From a virus (Duplodnaviria > Caudoviricetes), in IMG/VR virus record IMGVR_UViG_3300037512_001928, positions 43,218 to 107,217 of that record: a stretch of DNA of 64,000 bases; one strand, 5' to 3'. Made by a program: the position numbers and the translations under genes. The notes under the pieces are model-generated. The model searched no databases. It was not told the DNA's origin and saw nothing but the letters and a program-made list of their open reading frames with translations. Position 1 is the stretch's first letter. Each line of letters starts with the position of its first letter. This document shows positions 33,750 to 45,046 of this stretch, one piece after another.

Positions 33750-34439
33750 ACATCTGTTTGATCAGTTGTATTGTCAGGGTTACTTCGCCGCCGTCATGGA
33801 TGTAAAGAGGCTGATCAGCGGTGCGCGGTATGTGCTGAAGTTCAATCACAGGAAACTGACCGACAAGCGTCTGGATCGTCTGATTGATTTTTTGATTGCC
33901 CAGCATATCATTATCCGCGATGATCCATCCTGCAGTATCTCGTACGTTCCCGCCAAAGATCAGTGGTGCCTCTTCAATTTTGAGACTGGCAAGACGATTG
34001 CGAGTGAAGGCGATGGCTGATTTTAATATTCAGGAATATCAGGCGGGGTATACAAAGGCGCTGCTTGATGTGTATGAAATCTTTTCGCAGTATGACAGAC
34101 AGATGTCAAAGCTTCGGATCATCAGTGCTCCGGCGTCCGAGAAGATCCGTAAGATCATGGACGCCATGATTGCCGCCCGGTATGACTGTATGAAGTACGG
34201 CGTAAAGGATATGAATCTCGTGTTGACCAAGGATCATAAGTTCCGGCTGAAAAGGAAGGAGCCTGAAAAATGAAGGGCAAAGTAGTTGAAACCATCTTTA
34301 TTAACGATTCCGATGCGACTGTGGACAAGCTGATTGTCTGGCTGCAGAGTCTTCCGCCGAATACTCCGGTTCCTTCCGATATAACCTTCGCCTACAGCTA
34401 TGAGAAGGAAAAGTTCTTAGTGCTTTCACTGGAGGATTT

Positions 34440-35606
34440 ATGAAGAATTACTGCGTTTATCATTTACACAGTGATTTATCTCTTCTGGATTCCACCACCA
34501 ACTTTAAGGATTATGTCAACAAAGCGGTCGAGTCAGGGATGACCGCCATTGCCTCGACCGAGCATGGGCTTCCGCGATCGTGGGTTGAAAAGAAACTGTA
34601 CTGCGATGAGAAGGGGATCAAATTTATTCACGGTGTTGAGATCTACCTGACCGAGGCGTTGGAGCCAAAGGTTCGTGACAACTATCATACGATTCTGCTT
34701 GCGAAGAACATCGAAGGTGTGCATGAGCTGAACCGCCTGATTGAATTGTCTTCCCGTCCCGATCATATGTATTACAGCAACCGGCTTTCCTTTGATGAGT
34801 TCCTGGCGATATCGTCGAACATCATTAAGATCAGCGCGTGCCTTGCATCTCCGTTGCGTAGGCTCCCGCCGTATCATGAGCGCTTCCGCGAACTGCTGAA
34901 ACATTATGATTACCTCGAAGTTCAGCCGCACAGCAACGAGGAACAGGCTGATTACAATCGTAAGCTGATGCATTATTCAGATACGTTTGGAATCCCGCTG
35001 ATCGCCGGTACGGATACGCATTCGCTGAATCAGTACAAGGCTGAGTGCCGTGATATTCTGATGTGGCGCAAGGAGCAGTTCTATCCCGGCGAGGAAGGTT
35101 TTGACCTGACGTGGCATTCCTGCGATGAACTACTGCATGCGTTTCAGGTTCAGAATGCACTGCCTCCTGCGGTGTATCTTGAAGCGATCGAAAATACAAA
35201 CGTTATGGCTGATAGCGTCGATAATTTTGAGCTTAATAAAAGTATCAAGTATCCAATCCTTTACGGATCGCCGGAGAATGATACAAAGAAACTGCACGAA
35301 GTTGTATGGCGTAAGCTTGACGAAAAGCTTGAAACCGGGATTATTCCACGGGAGCAGGAACAGGGATTCCGCGATGCGATCAGTGAAGAATTCCGGGTCT
35401 TTGAAAAGATCGGTATGAGCGGGTTCATATTATGCATGCATGAACTTCTTTCATGGTGCCGTGATTCCGGGATGTATATCGGACCCGGACGCGGTTCTGT
35501 TGGCGGTTCCCGTGTCGCGTACGTTGCCGATATTATCGACATTAACCCTGAACAGTGGAACACAAACTTTGCAAGGTTTGCAAACGAGGACAGAAAAGAA
35601 ATAGGT
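34440..35606 (+). CDS. dnaE: DNA polymerase III alpha, exon 1 (389 codons)
   Basis: PHP motifs HLHSDLSLLD, TEHG, TDTH; GPGRGSVGGS. Confidence 0.92.
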
Positions 35607-36610
35607 CGAACGATGGCCTACGTTGGCTGAGAAGCCTCCGAAAAAATATCCATTGAATTGCTGGGACACCCTGAGAGCCGTCAAGCTACAACGTGCGGAT
35701 GAAAGACGCCGGAGCGTGAATGCCTGAGAATCTGACGGATTGGGCAATCAGCAGCGAAACTCCGAATAGGAGAACGTTCAACGACCATCCCTTTGGGAGT
35801 ACATCGCAAGCGCGATGGAAGTGGTGGACATCCTTCGGGATGAAGATATGGTCTGTGCTTTATGGAAACATAAAGGGTGAAAACCTGCCCGGGGTAGCGC
35901 CTGGTATGTGTGTGTAAATGGTAAGGAAGGAGGTGAGTAGTTATGGGTAAAGTGAAAGATTTGACCGGGATGAAGTTTGGAAGATGGACTGTCATTCACG
36001 AAGTTGGGCGTAATAAGTCTGGCGGTGCGACATGGTTGTGTCAGTGTGAATGCGGGACTATGCGTGTATTAGATGGACGGTCTTTACGTGAACATACGAG
36101 TAAATCCTGCGGTTGTTTAGTTAAAGACCCTTCATATGTACATTGTAAACCAAATCTTAAACATGGCGGGAGAAATGAGAGATTATACCAAGTATGGCGT
36201 GGTATGATTGATCGGTGCCACAATCAAAAGAACAAGTATTATCCGTGTTATGGTGCTCGTGGTATTACAGTATGTGATGAATGGCGATATGATTATGCTG
36301 TATTTCGTGAGTGGGCGATGAGTCATGGATATGATCCAAACGCTAAGAAATATGATTGTACTATTGATCGTATTGATAATGATAAAGGCTATTCTCCAGA
36401 GAATTGTGCATGGCATAATCAAGTTGAGCAGTGTAATAACCGATCAAACAATCATATCATAACCTTCAATGGTGAGTCACACACCATTTCTGAATGGGCA
36501 AGAATGGTTGGATTAAGCAAGGATACATTGCGACGTCGGATTGAAAATTATGGATGGACAATCGAAATGGCCCTGACTACTCCAAACACACACACTGCAT
36601 AACACTTCAG
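35607..36610 (+). mobile_element. Group I intron in dnaE
   Basis: P1 TAGGT/GCCTA with U.G pair; P AATTGCTGGGA; Q AATCAGCAG; R GTTCAACGACCAT; S AAGATATGGTCT; terminal G at 36610; removal restores EIG-DIDVD. Confidence 0.93.
35943..36602 (+). CDS. Intron-encoded HNH homing endonuclease
   Basis: DLTGMKFGRWTV, YGARGITVCDEW, TIDRIDNDKGYSPENC..EQCNN. Confidence 0.85.
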   Translation: MGKVKDLTGMKFGRWTVIHEVGRNKSGGATWLCQCECGTMRVLDGRSLREHTSKSCGCLVKDPSYVHCKPNLKHGGRNERLYQVWRGMIDRCHNQKNKYYPCYGARGITVCDEWRYDYAVFREWAMSHGYDPNAKKYDCTIDRIDNDKGYSPENCAWHNQVEQCNNRSNNHIITFNGESHTISEWARMVGLSKDTLRRRIENYGWTIEMALTTPNTHTA

Positions 36611-38539
36611 GACATCGACGTGGATGTAGTTGATTCTGATCGTCCTGCAATCTTTGAGCATATCGAATCAAAGTTCGGTAAACCTTATACGGGTCGTGTC
36701 GCGGCATATGGTACGATTCAGTCCCTGGCATTTATCGACGATGTGGGCGGCGGTCTTGCAAACAAATGGGAATGGGAGCACAACCCTGACAAGTTCAATG
36801 AATCCCGGCATATAAAAATCAAAGGCGATTATGATCCTGCGAATCCGTTTACGCTGAAGCGTATCGCTGAAATCAAAGCCGCATATAAACAGGATCAGGA
36901 TGCCGCCATGGCGCGTTATCCTGAGATCTTCCGGTATTATGACGGCTTGGTCGGTACAAGAGTATCGCAGTCGATTCATCCTGCCGGGATCGTCATCTCC
37001 CCTCTTGTCCTTGACGAAGAATATGGTGTGTTCAACAAAGACGGCGAACGCTGTTTGTTGTTGAATATGGACGAGCTTCACGAGGTTGGCGCTGCGAAGT
37101 TCGACTTTCTGATCCTGAAAACCGTAACGGTTATTCGCGATTGTTATGCGCTGATGGGTAAACAGCCGCCGAGAATGCATGAAGTCAACTGGGATGATCA
37201 AAAGGTTTGGGCTTCCATGGCGTCGGATGCGAATTCCATCTTCCAGTTTGAATCCGACTTTGCTGCTGAATCCATGAAGAAATTCAAGCCCAAGTCAATC
37301 TTTGATTTATCCATGGTGACTGCGGCATTGCGTCCATCTGGAACGTCATATCGTGATCAGCTGTTTGCACATATTCCGCATCATAATCCATCAACAATGA
37401 TTGACAAGTTGTTGAGCGATTCAAATGGATACCTTATTTACCAAGAGCAGATTATTGCTTTTTTACAACAAATCTGTGGATTGTCAGGTTCTGAATCGGA
37501 TTCGACCAGGCGCGGGATCGCAAGAAAGAGGCCTGAGATACTTGAGAAAATGTTACCGCGCATTCTTGATGGTTATTGTTCAAGAAGTGATAAATCTCGC
37601 GAGGTTGCAACAAAGGAATGTCAGGAGTTCCTTCAGATTATTGAGGATGCAAGCTCATACATGTTCGGGTACAATCACAGTATAAGCTACTGCCTCCTAT
37701 CCTATATGTGCGGTTATCTCCGTTACTACCATCCTCTCGAATGGATTGCCGCGTTCATGAAGAATGCCGCCAACGATGATGATATCAAAACGGGTAAACA
37801 GATGGCAAAGGATCGCGGGATCACATTCACGCGTCCTGTCTTTGGTCAGGATAACCGCACGTATTATATCGACCATCAGCATAAGTCCATCTCCGATTCG
37901 ATCTCCAGTATCAAAGGTGTCGGGCTGAAGGATGCAGAGGCAATTCTGAGGATCTACAATGATGGCAACTACAGTAACTTCATCGAAGTTCTCTATCAGA
38001 TGATCATGACTGAGAATGCGCTGAACCGGGCAGTCATCGAAACGCTGATCATGAGCGATTACTTCCGCGAGTTCGGATCCCGTGGTAAACTGATGCATCT
38101 CGCCAGCGAGGTTTTTGATGGCAAGAATCGCCTGACAAAAACGCTGAAGCCAGCCACGGTTTATGATCGCCTTGGTAAACTCTCGCTCGAAGAACAGCTG
38201 ACGCCGGAGTCCGATTTTACCGCGAAGGAAATTATCCAGTTTGAGATCTCCCACTACGGCGAACCGATCTCGGTTATTGCCACGGCAACCAACCAGTATG
38301 CCGTTCTGACGGTGGATACAAAGTATTCGCCGAAGATTGAGCTGTACAATCTGACCAAAGGTACTCGTGGTCTGATGAAAGTCCGCAAGCCGTATTTCAA
38401 TAAGAATCCGCTGGCTGTCGGGGATATGATTGCAATGATTCGCTGGCATCCTGATCAGGCGTACAGTTTCAAGGACGGTCAGCGTGTGGTCAAACCCGGC
38501 GTGAAGGATCTGTGGTTGGATGAGTATCGTATATTATAA
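36611..38539 (+). CDS. dnaE: DNA polymerase III alpha, exon 2
   Basis: DIDVD, HPAGIVI, KFDFL, FQFES, YQEQ, FGYNHS..Y; spliced product 1031 aa. Confidence 0.92.
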   Translation, partial: DIDVDVVDSDRPAIFEHIESKFGKPYTGRVAAYGTIQSLAFIDDVGGGLANKWEWEHNPDKFNESRHIKIKGDYDPANPFTLKRIAEIKAAYKQDQDAAMARYPEIFRYYDGLVGTRVSQSIHPAGIVISPLVLDEEYGVFNKDGERCLLLNMDELHEVGAAKFDFLILKTVTVIRDCYALMGKQPPRMHEVNWDDQKVWASMASDANSIFQFESDFAAESMKKFKPKSIFDLSMVTAALRPSGTSYRDQLFAHIPHHNPSTMIDKLLSDSNGYLIYQEQIIAFLQQICGLSGSESDSTRRGIARKRPEILEKMLPRILDGYCSRSDKSREVATKECQEFLQIIEDASSYMFGYNHSISYCLLSYMCGYLRYYHPLEWIAAFMKNAANDDDIKTGKQMAKDRGITFTRPVFGQDNRTYYIDHQHKSISDSISSIKGVGLKDAEAILRIYNDGNYSNFIEVLYQMIMTENALNRAVIETLIMSDYFREFGSRGKLMHLASEVFDGKNRLTKTLKPATVYDRLGKLSLEEQLTPESDFTAKEIIQFEISHYGEPISVIATATNQYAVLTVDTKYSPKIELYNLTKGTRGLMKVRKPYFNKNPLAVGDMIAMIRWHPDQAYSFKDGQRVVKPGVKDLWLDEYRIL

Positions 38540-39410
38540 GAGGTGTATATATGATCAAAGTACTTGATGGCGAAATGGAATTTGAGCCGCTTGACCCGGA
38601 TGATATGCCGCGATTCCTGAATAGTATTGCCTGTGATTACTTCGCGGATCAGCCGGAAATTAAATGGAAGCTTGCTCAGTGTTCGTTCTGGATCCATATG
38701 ATCAACGAGATACGCAAGATGAATCGCTGAAAATATATTAACCGCACATGCGGACCATAGGAGCCGCCTTGTTACAGATGTTTGCCAGCACCCCGGGACA
38801 AGGTTGAAGAACGTGACCTGCGCTGAGGTGCACATTCCGAGGTTATAAGAATGGCAGAGATGGCAACTGTCAGCCTGAATTAGCAGGAATGATCAAGGCT
38901 GAAAGGAGTATAAATATGTGGCATAAATGTAAATGTTGTCGCTGTGGGAAATATAAGTATTGTCATGTCAAATCTTTGGAATCGCGTGTTCTTTGGAAAT
39001 GTGATGAATGTGAAATCCTGACTGTTATCTTTACAAAGGAGTCTACGGCAGATGAGTAATCAACATATTCTGATTGACATAAACGAGGCTTCAACTGTTG
39101 TGATGAACTTTATCGGGACAGAAAAATATCACGATATTCTCTCTGCTATAGAGGATAATGCGGCTGCGGGTTTCAGTGCCGGGCTGTCATTTGCGCTTTG
39201 CCTGGCGATGGCATACTGTAAAACATTTCTGTATCATGTCGAAGAAGAAAAGTCCTGATTGCAGTTCCTGCCCGAACTATTATCTGATCTGGTGGAGCGG
39301 TGGGAAACACAGATGTAAACTTAAACCTGTATACATACTTGACAGGTTTACAAAACGAAGACCAAAGTGGTGCCCGTTACGGGACAATGATTAATCGAGG
39401 AGATGTATAC

Positions 39411-39614
39411 ATGGATTTCGGATATGTATGGCCCGCTCTTCGTTCCGGGCGTAAGGTTCGTCTTGAAGGCTGGCTTGGTTATTGGGCTTGGGAAAATAAT
39501 ACAATCATGATGCATTGTGCGAACGGTGATGTGATTGATATTCGCAATACGAATGATGTCACATATACGTTCAGTAACATTGCGTTGGATCGCTGGGAGA
39601 TTGTTGAGGATTGA
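39411..39614 (+). CDS. DUF2829/Tad2-like putative anti-defence protein
   Basis: MDFG...LRSGRKVRLEGW...WEIVE. Confidence 0.5.
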   Translation: MDFGYVWPALRSGRKVRLEGWLGYWAWENNTIMMHCANGDVIDIRNTNDVTYTFSNIALDRWEIVED

Positions 39615-41103
39615 TCTATGGATGATATCAAACTCTACGCAGTCCTGTTCGGTATATGTATCGGATGGCTGATCTGGTTATCTTTGGATGTGTACGATCT
39701 TCATGAAGAGATCAAAAAGCTGAAGAGGCGGTAACTCAATATGAGTGATGATTTTATAGTAATGTTTGCTATGGTTACAGGATCAATCATTGCTTTGGTA
39801 ACAATACTGCCAATGGTGATTGTACACCTTTAACACAGAAAGGATGATTGTATGAATCAACCACATATTCTTGTTGATATGAATGAAGCATCGTCTGTTG
39901 TAATGAAATTTATCGGAACTGATAAGTTTGATGAAGTCGTGTCAGCAGTAGAAAACAACGCAAAAGCAGGATTCACAGCAGGATTATCATTTGCTTTATG
40001 TTTGATTATGGCTGAAGCAAAAACATATCTCTATCACGTTGACAAACAGAAAGCAGAAGACACTTAAAGTGACCAATTAAGGAGAAACAGTATGAACGTA
40101 ATGTACGAACCGAAGAAAGTAACAGCTGTTTTACGAGTTGTTGTTACTGGTGAATTTTATGACGATGAAGCTTCTGAAGAAACACTTCGATATTGTGTAG
40201 AACAATACCTTGGAGATGCTGGATTTGATGTCGATGTATCTGTGTTAAGGTGACCGTTTGTGACGGAGGTGCGAAATGAAAAAATGCTGTGAATGCTGCG
40301 TCTGGGCGATAGATGAGAATGGCCTGCTTTTATGCGTATCATCCCCGAAAACCTTGCTTCATATTGTCAAGCACAAGAGCGGTTGGAAGAAGCGAAAACA
40401 TTAAAAAGTCCAGAGTTGGTTAAAATTTATACCGCGATAGTCAATAGGCTTTCAATACAGTTAAAAGCGTGAAACTTCGCAATATAAGCGGATTGTAGTG
40501 ACTTAAAGGAATTTTAACGCAGGATCTTGATCCGGCTTAAAGTAACCAATTACATAGGAGGAAAGTATGGATAAGATATTTGGATTTGAAAAGGCTGAAG
40601 ATATAGCCAAATATATAACAGAGCACGCCAGAGAAAATAATCTGCGCATTACTTTGACTGTAGAACCTGGGAGATATGAGGTGAGCGTAGAGCCGTGGGA
40701 AAATGTCGTTATGTACTGCCCATATCATCAAAAAGAGATTAAAGATTGCAAATAATTCGATGACGCTTTTAGTAAGGTGATGCCGAATGAATGAAAATCT
40801 TGAAAATCGTTTCATAAATTTGAAGGATGAAGCATTGAAGATAAATTGCTCCGATAATGAAACGGAGCATAGCGGATTGCATTGTATTGTATGCAATAAA
40901 AAATGTTATGATTTAATTTGTGATGAATGTAAACGAGCAATCAAATGGGCAAGATTACAAATGTATAAAGTTCAAAGAATTATAGTTAAAAATAATTAGA
41001 TAACAATTAGCAGTAACTAAATTCACAATAGGAGCATTTATGGAAGTGTCTGGATGATCTGGGTTAGCTGTGTAAAATGATGTAATAAAGCAGGAAAGGT
41101 AGG

Positions 41104-43210
41104 ATGACGATGCCTGACAGGGAGAAGGTTATCAAAGCACTTGAGTGCAGGAAAAACGCAGACAAGCGGTGCGAAAATCCATGCGAAGAAACAGGGATGT
41201 GCCATTACGCAACGGCAGTTCGTGACATAAACGGTGAAATTTATAGACCGTTTATCTGCGACAGGGAAAGAATCTGTACCGATGTCCTTGACCTGCTGAA
41301 AGAGCAGGAAGCGGTAAAACCTGTAAAACAGATAGAGCAAACTGAGTGGACAGTATGCGGTAATTGCCGTAATCACATTATCTCAAAATGGATATTCTGT
41401 CCGTATTGTGGAAGGTCGGTGAAGTGGGAATGAATAACGAAGAATGGTGCAAGAAGAATTGCCCATATAGTACGGATTGTGCTTGTGATGGAGTTTGTAA
41501 TTTCGTTTTATTTTTGCTGAAAGAACAGGAAGCGGTTGAACCTGATATTGATTCAGAAGGAACATGTACTTGCGGGAACTGCGGTGAAACAGTTGGATAC
41601 TATCCCGTTGGATGTAATACTCCGCAAAAATTATGCAAGTTTTGCCAAAATTGCGGAAAGGAGGTGAAGTGGAAATGCTGACAATTAGAAAAATAAAATA
41701 TAACTATAATACAGAATGCAATTCATGCGGAAAGGTAAGAAAACAGTATTACGAGATTTGCTATGGAATTCCTGTCCATGACTTTCCCTGGCAACCATAC
41801 TCTACTCTTCCGCTTTGCAGAACATGCCTTAGAAGATTGAGTGGAAGTATCGAAAAAAAATTATCGGTTTCAGACAGGCGGTGAAGTGGGATGGTTGAAA
41901 ATAAGTTCCCTGATGATTGCCCCGAAAATTGCCCGTATTTTCATAACGTTGGCTTATCTGATGAAGATCAATACTTCTTTTGCGACTTAATAGGAGTAGA
42001 AATACATGGATATACAGACCACTGTTTTTGTCCGATAAAAACAGTGGTAATATAGGTGGTGAAGTGGTATGCCTGACAGGGAAGCATTAGAACTTGTACA
42101 AAAATGTTTAGATGACTGGCCTTATGCGGCTACGAGAGTCGTGGACATTATGACCCGGCTTGAAAAGGTAAAGGAACTGCTGAAAGAGCAGGACAAAAGC
42201 CGTCTTGAAATAGCACATGAAATGGTAACAGGCTCGATTCTGATGTGTCAAGGCAAAGAAATAGTACGGTGCAAGGATTGCAAGCATAGACCGAAATTGT
42301 TAGTAACAGACATAGAAGATATGGAAAGCGGTTTTGATTTGCAGTTCCCGGACTATAAATGTCATTGCAGAAATGATGGTGATGGTTGGTACTCATGGTA
42401 TCCGCCAGACGATTGGTTCTGTGCTGACGGGGAACGCAAATGATTTAAAGGTCACCTTAACCGAATCGGGGGTGACTATGTGGACAGGGAGAAGGTTATC
42501 AGAGGGCTTGAGGAACTGTGCAAATACCTGTTTCATGAGTATGAAATATGCTATCACGGAGATCAAGAAGACATTTATAACAGGTTTTTGATTGCCGATA
42601 ATGCCCTTGCCCTGCTGAAAGAGCAGGAAGCGAAGACCGGAGCGTGGCAATGGAAGATTCATGGGAAACCGGAAAGCGGAGGCACGCTTGGAGAAGCGGT
42701 CTGCGATCAGTGCGGGGAATCAACGTATGCGACGGCAGTTAAGGGCACTTTAAATTATTGCCCGAACTGCGGAGCAAAGATGACGGACAGGCGGTGAAGT
42801 GGGAATGAAAGACCCGTATGAAGAGGTATGGAAGAATATCATAGAGTCATTCAACGCACAATCAAAGGCGATTTTATGGATTGCTGAACGGACTCTATCT
42901 GCGAAGGATTTTAAGGAGTTTGTAGATGAGTTCGCAAAAAAGCCAAAAGACGATCATGACGAACTGCTTGATTTTATACGCAAGAAAGGTTGGTGAAGTG
43001 GGAATGAGTTGGAGTATTCCATCAAAAGAAGAAGCTGAAGAGTATACTCGATCTTATCTTGCCGCACAGGAAGCCTATTACGAAGAACACATGGATGATT
43101 GTTGTGAGACATGCGATTTTTACGAATGCGGCAAATGCTATTTGGACATTGGCGAGCTTGTCGAAAAAGACTACAGTTGCAAATTCTATAGAAGGCAGTG
43201 AAATGAAATG
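41104..43210 (+). repeat. Mosaic gene cluster with repeated junction boxes
   Basis: GGTGAAGTGG..ATG x6, (C/T)TGCTGAAAGA(G/A)CAGGA x4, GACAGGGA start box x3. Confidence 0.85.
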
Positions 43211-44092
43211 AATGACAAGGAAATCATGGAGGATTATTACATGAAAAGCGTAGAAGAAGTCATTGAAGGTGAATCTAATGGATCAAGATTTAGCAGAAAA
43301 GATATATTGGATACTGATTGAAGAAGGACAGCACAATTTAAAATTTTCGCTTGGCAGTATAATCACAAATACACCGGATGAAGTAAGGAATATTATTCAA
43401 AAACACATCAAGGAACTAACTCAAAGTGACTAATAACCGTTTACCAAAGGTATATGGGGCTATGACATTAAAGGAATTATGGTGGGGGGGGGATACTGTG
43501 ACAACTTGGAAAGATGTGCGTGAAACGTTGGAAAAGTTGAAACAAGCGGTTGAAGAAATGCGGAAAGCAAGCAAAGCACTTTTGGAAGAAGTAAATAAAC
43601 CGTGGATAGTACGATAAATTAGTGTTAACGGAGGATGGCAGAATGACTGTGAAAGAACTAAAGGAAAAACTCGAAAATGTTCAAGATGATGCTAAAGTAA
43701 TGCTTATCGATATGGATAGTATTTGGCAGTCTGGGCGATATGACGTTGAAGATATTTGTATCGAAAACGAAGGGAAAACAGTATTGATCATGTAATTTAT
43801 TGTGATCTTTTGTTAGTGAAGGTCAGAATACACCGGCAACACATTTGCTCGTTTATTGTGGCAACAAGAATCACATGATGTTAGCTATCACAATATTTAT
43901 GAATGATTGTGCTTTCAAAGTTTAGATTAGCCAATAAGATAATTAAAAAAACGGACTAGGCTAAATATATTAAAATTATTGATTTTTAATGAATTACTGA
44001 AATTTAGCTATGGACAAATAAGAGAAAGTAGGTTATAGTGTGAAAGTCGGTTAGCCATTGATTTATTGGCGTAAATCCAGGAGGTTAATGAG

Positions 44093-44194
44093 ATGAGCCA
44101 GCCTGTAAATATACAATCAATTTCCATACGGAATTTCAAATCCCTCTTTGATGTCACGATCGAACCTGGGAATGTTAATGTGATCAAGAAATAA
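44093..44194 (+). pseudogene. 5' fragment of an ABC/AAA (OLD/SMC-like) ATPase gene
   Basis: IQSISIRNFKSLFDVTIEPGNVNVI, ending just before the expected Walker A. Confidence 0.7.
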
Positions 44195-44860
44195 AATGAC
44201 GCATTAAGTTAGAAGGAAAAGGAAGAAAACCACGGGCAACAGAATCAAAGAAAATGCGACCATGCGAGGTGAAACATGGAAAGAGAATGGAGCGTTGAAG
44301 AAGTCATTGAAGCACTTCAGACATGGGAAGAACCGTTCTATTCAGAATCAGAAACAAAGTGGCTAATGGAAAAAGCGGCTGAACTGTTGAAAGAGTATGA
44401 ACCACATGTTCTGTCATGGGAAGAAATGGTTGAAGCAGGAAAGAATCATGAAGCGGTATGGGTTGAAGAATATCCAAACACCGGAAGGAGAAACAGGTGG
44501 GCGATTGCCATTGAAGGAGTAGAGCCACCAGAACATGGGTATAATTATCCGGGTGGGGTGGCATTCAATGCCGTTGATGCCGATGATGATATTTTCGATG
44601 GTGATTTATATTGGTTTGATGGTGTTCTGAGTTGGAGGGCGTGGAATAAAAAGCCTACAGAAATGCAGATGAGGGCTGTGAAATGGGAGCAAAAGTGACC
44701 TATTTGAAAAATAATCTTACGACTATCTTTTAAAATCATGATGAACACCCTAAAAAACCATACTATGTCTTGTGTGCGATCTTTTGACCATCTTTTGTTT
44801 TTCTCCGATTTGCTGAGTATGGAGCAGCAGAAAGTGACCGTTAACGAAGGAGGTGATTGT

Positions 44861-45046
44861 ATGGCAAACATACTTCGGGAATGTTGTGGAACAAGACCAA
44901 ATGTCATAGTAGTAACGTATCTCGGAACCACATATGAGATGTTTGTTATCGAATGTCCAAAGTGTGGGATGAAAACGCAACCATATCGTAGACTTGACCG
45001 GGCATATAGTGAATGGAATCATCCTGAAGATGTGCATTTGAATTAA
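44861..45046 (+). CDS. Lar-like zinc-ribbon protein
   Basis: CCG..P...IECPKCG...AYSEWN. Confidence 0.45.
   Translation: MANILRECCGTRPNVIVVTYLGTTYEMFVIECPKCGMKTQPYRRLDRAYSEWNHPEDVHLN

Noticed and set aside
23393-38449. Long minus-strand ORFs such as 23393-24460, 26726-27850, 28756-29568 and 37697-38449
   Set aside because: Antisense shadows of well-supported plus-strand genes.
34440-38539. Naturally split or pseudogenised dnaE, or an intein
   Set aside because: Group I intron signals restore the frame exactly, and no intein motifs are present.
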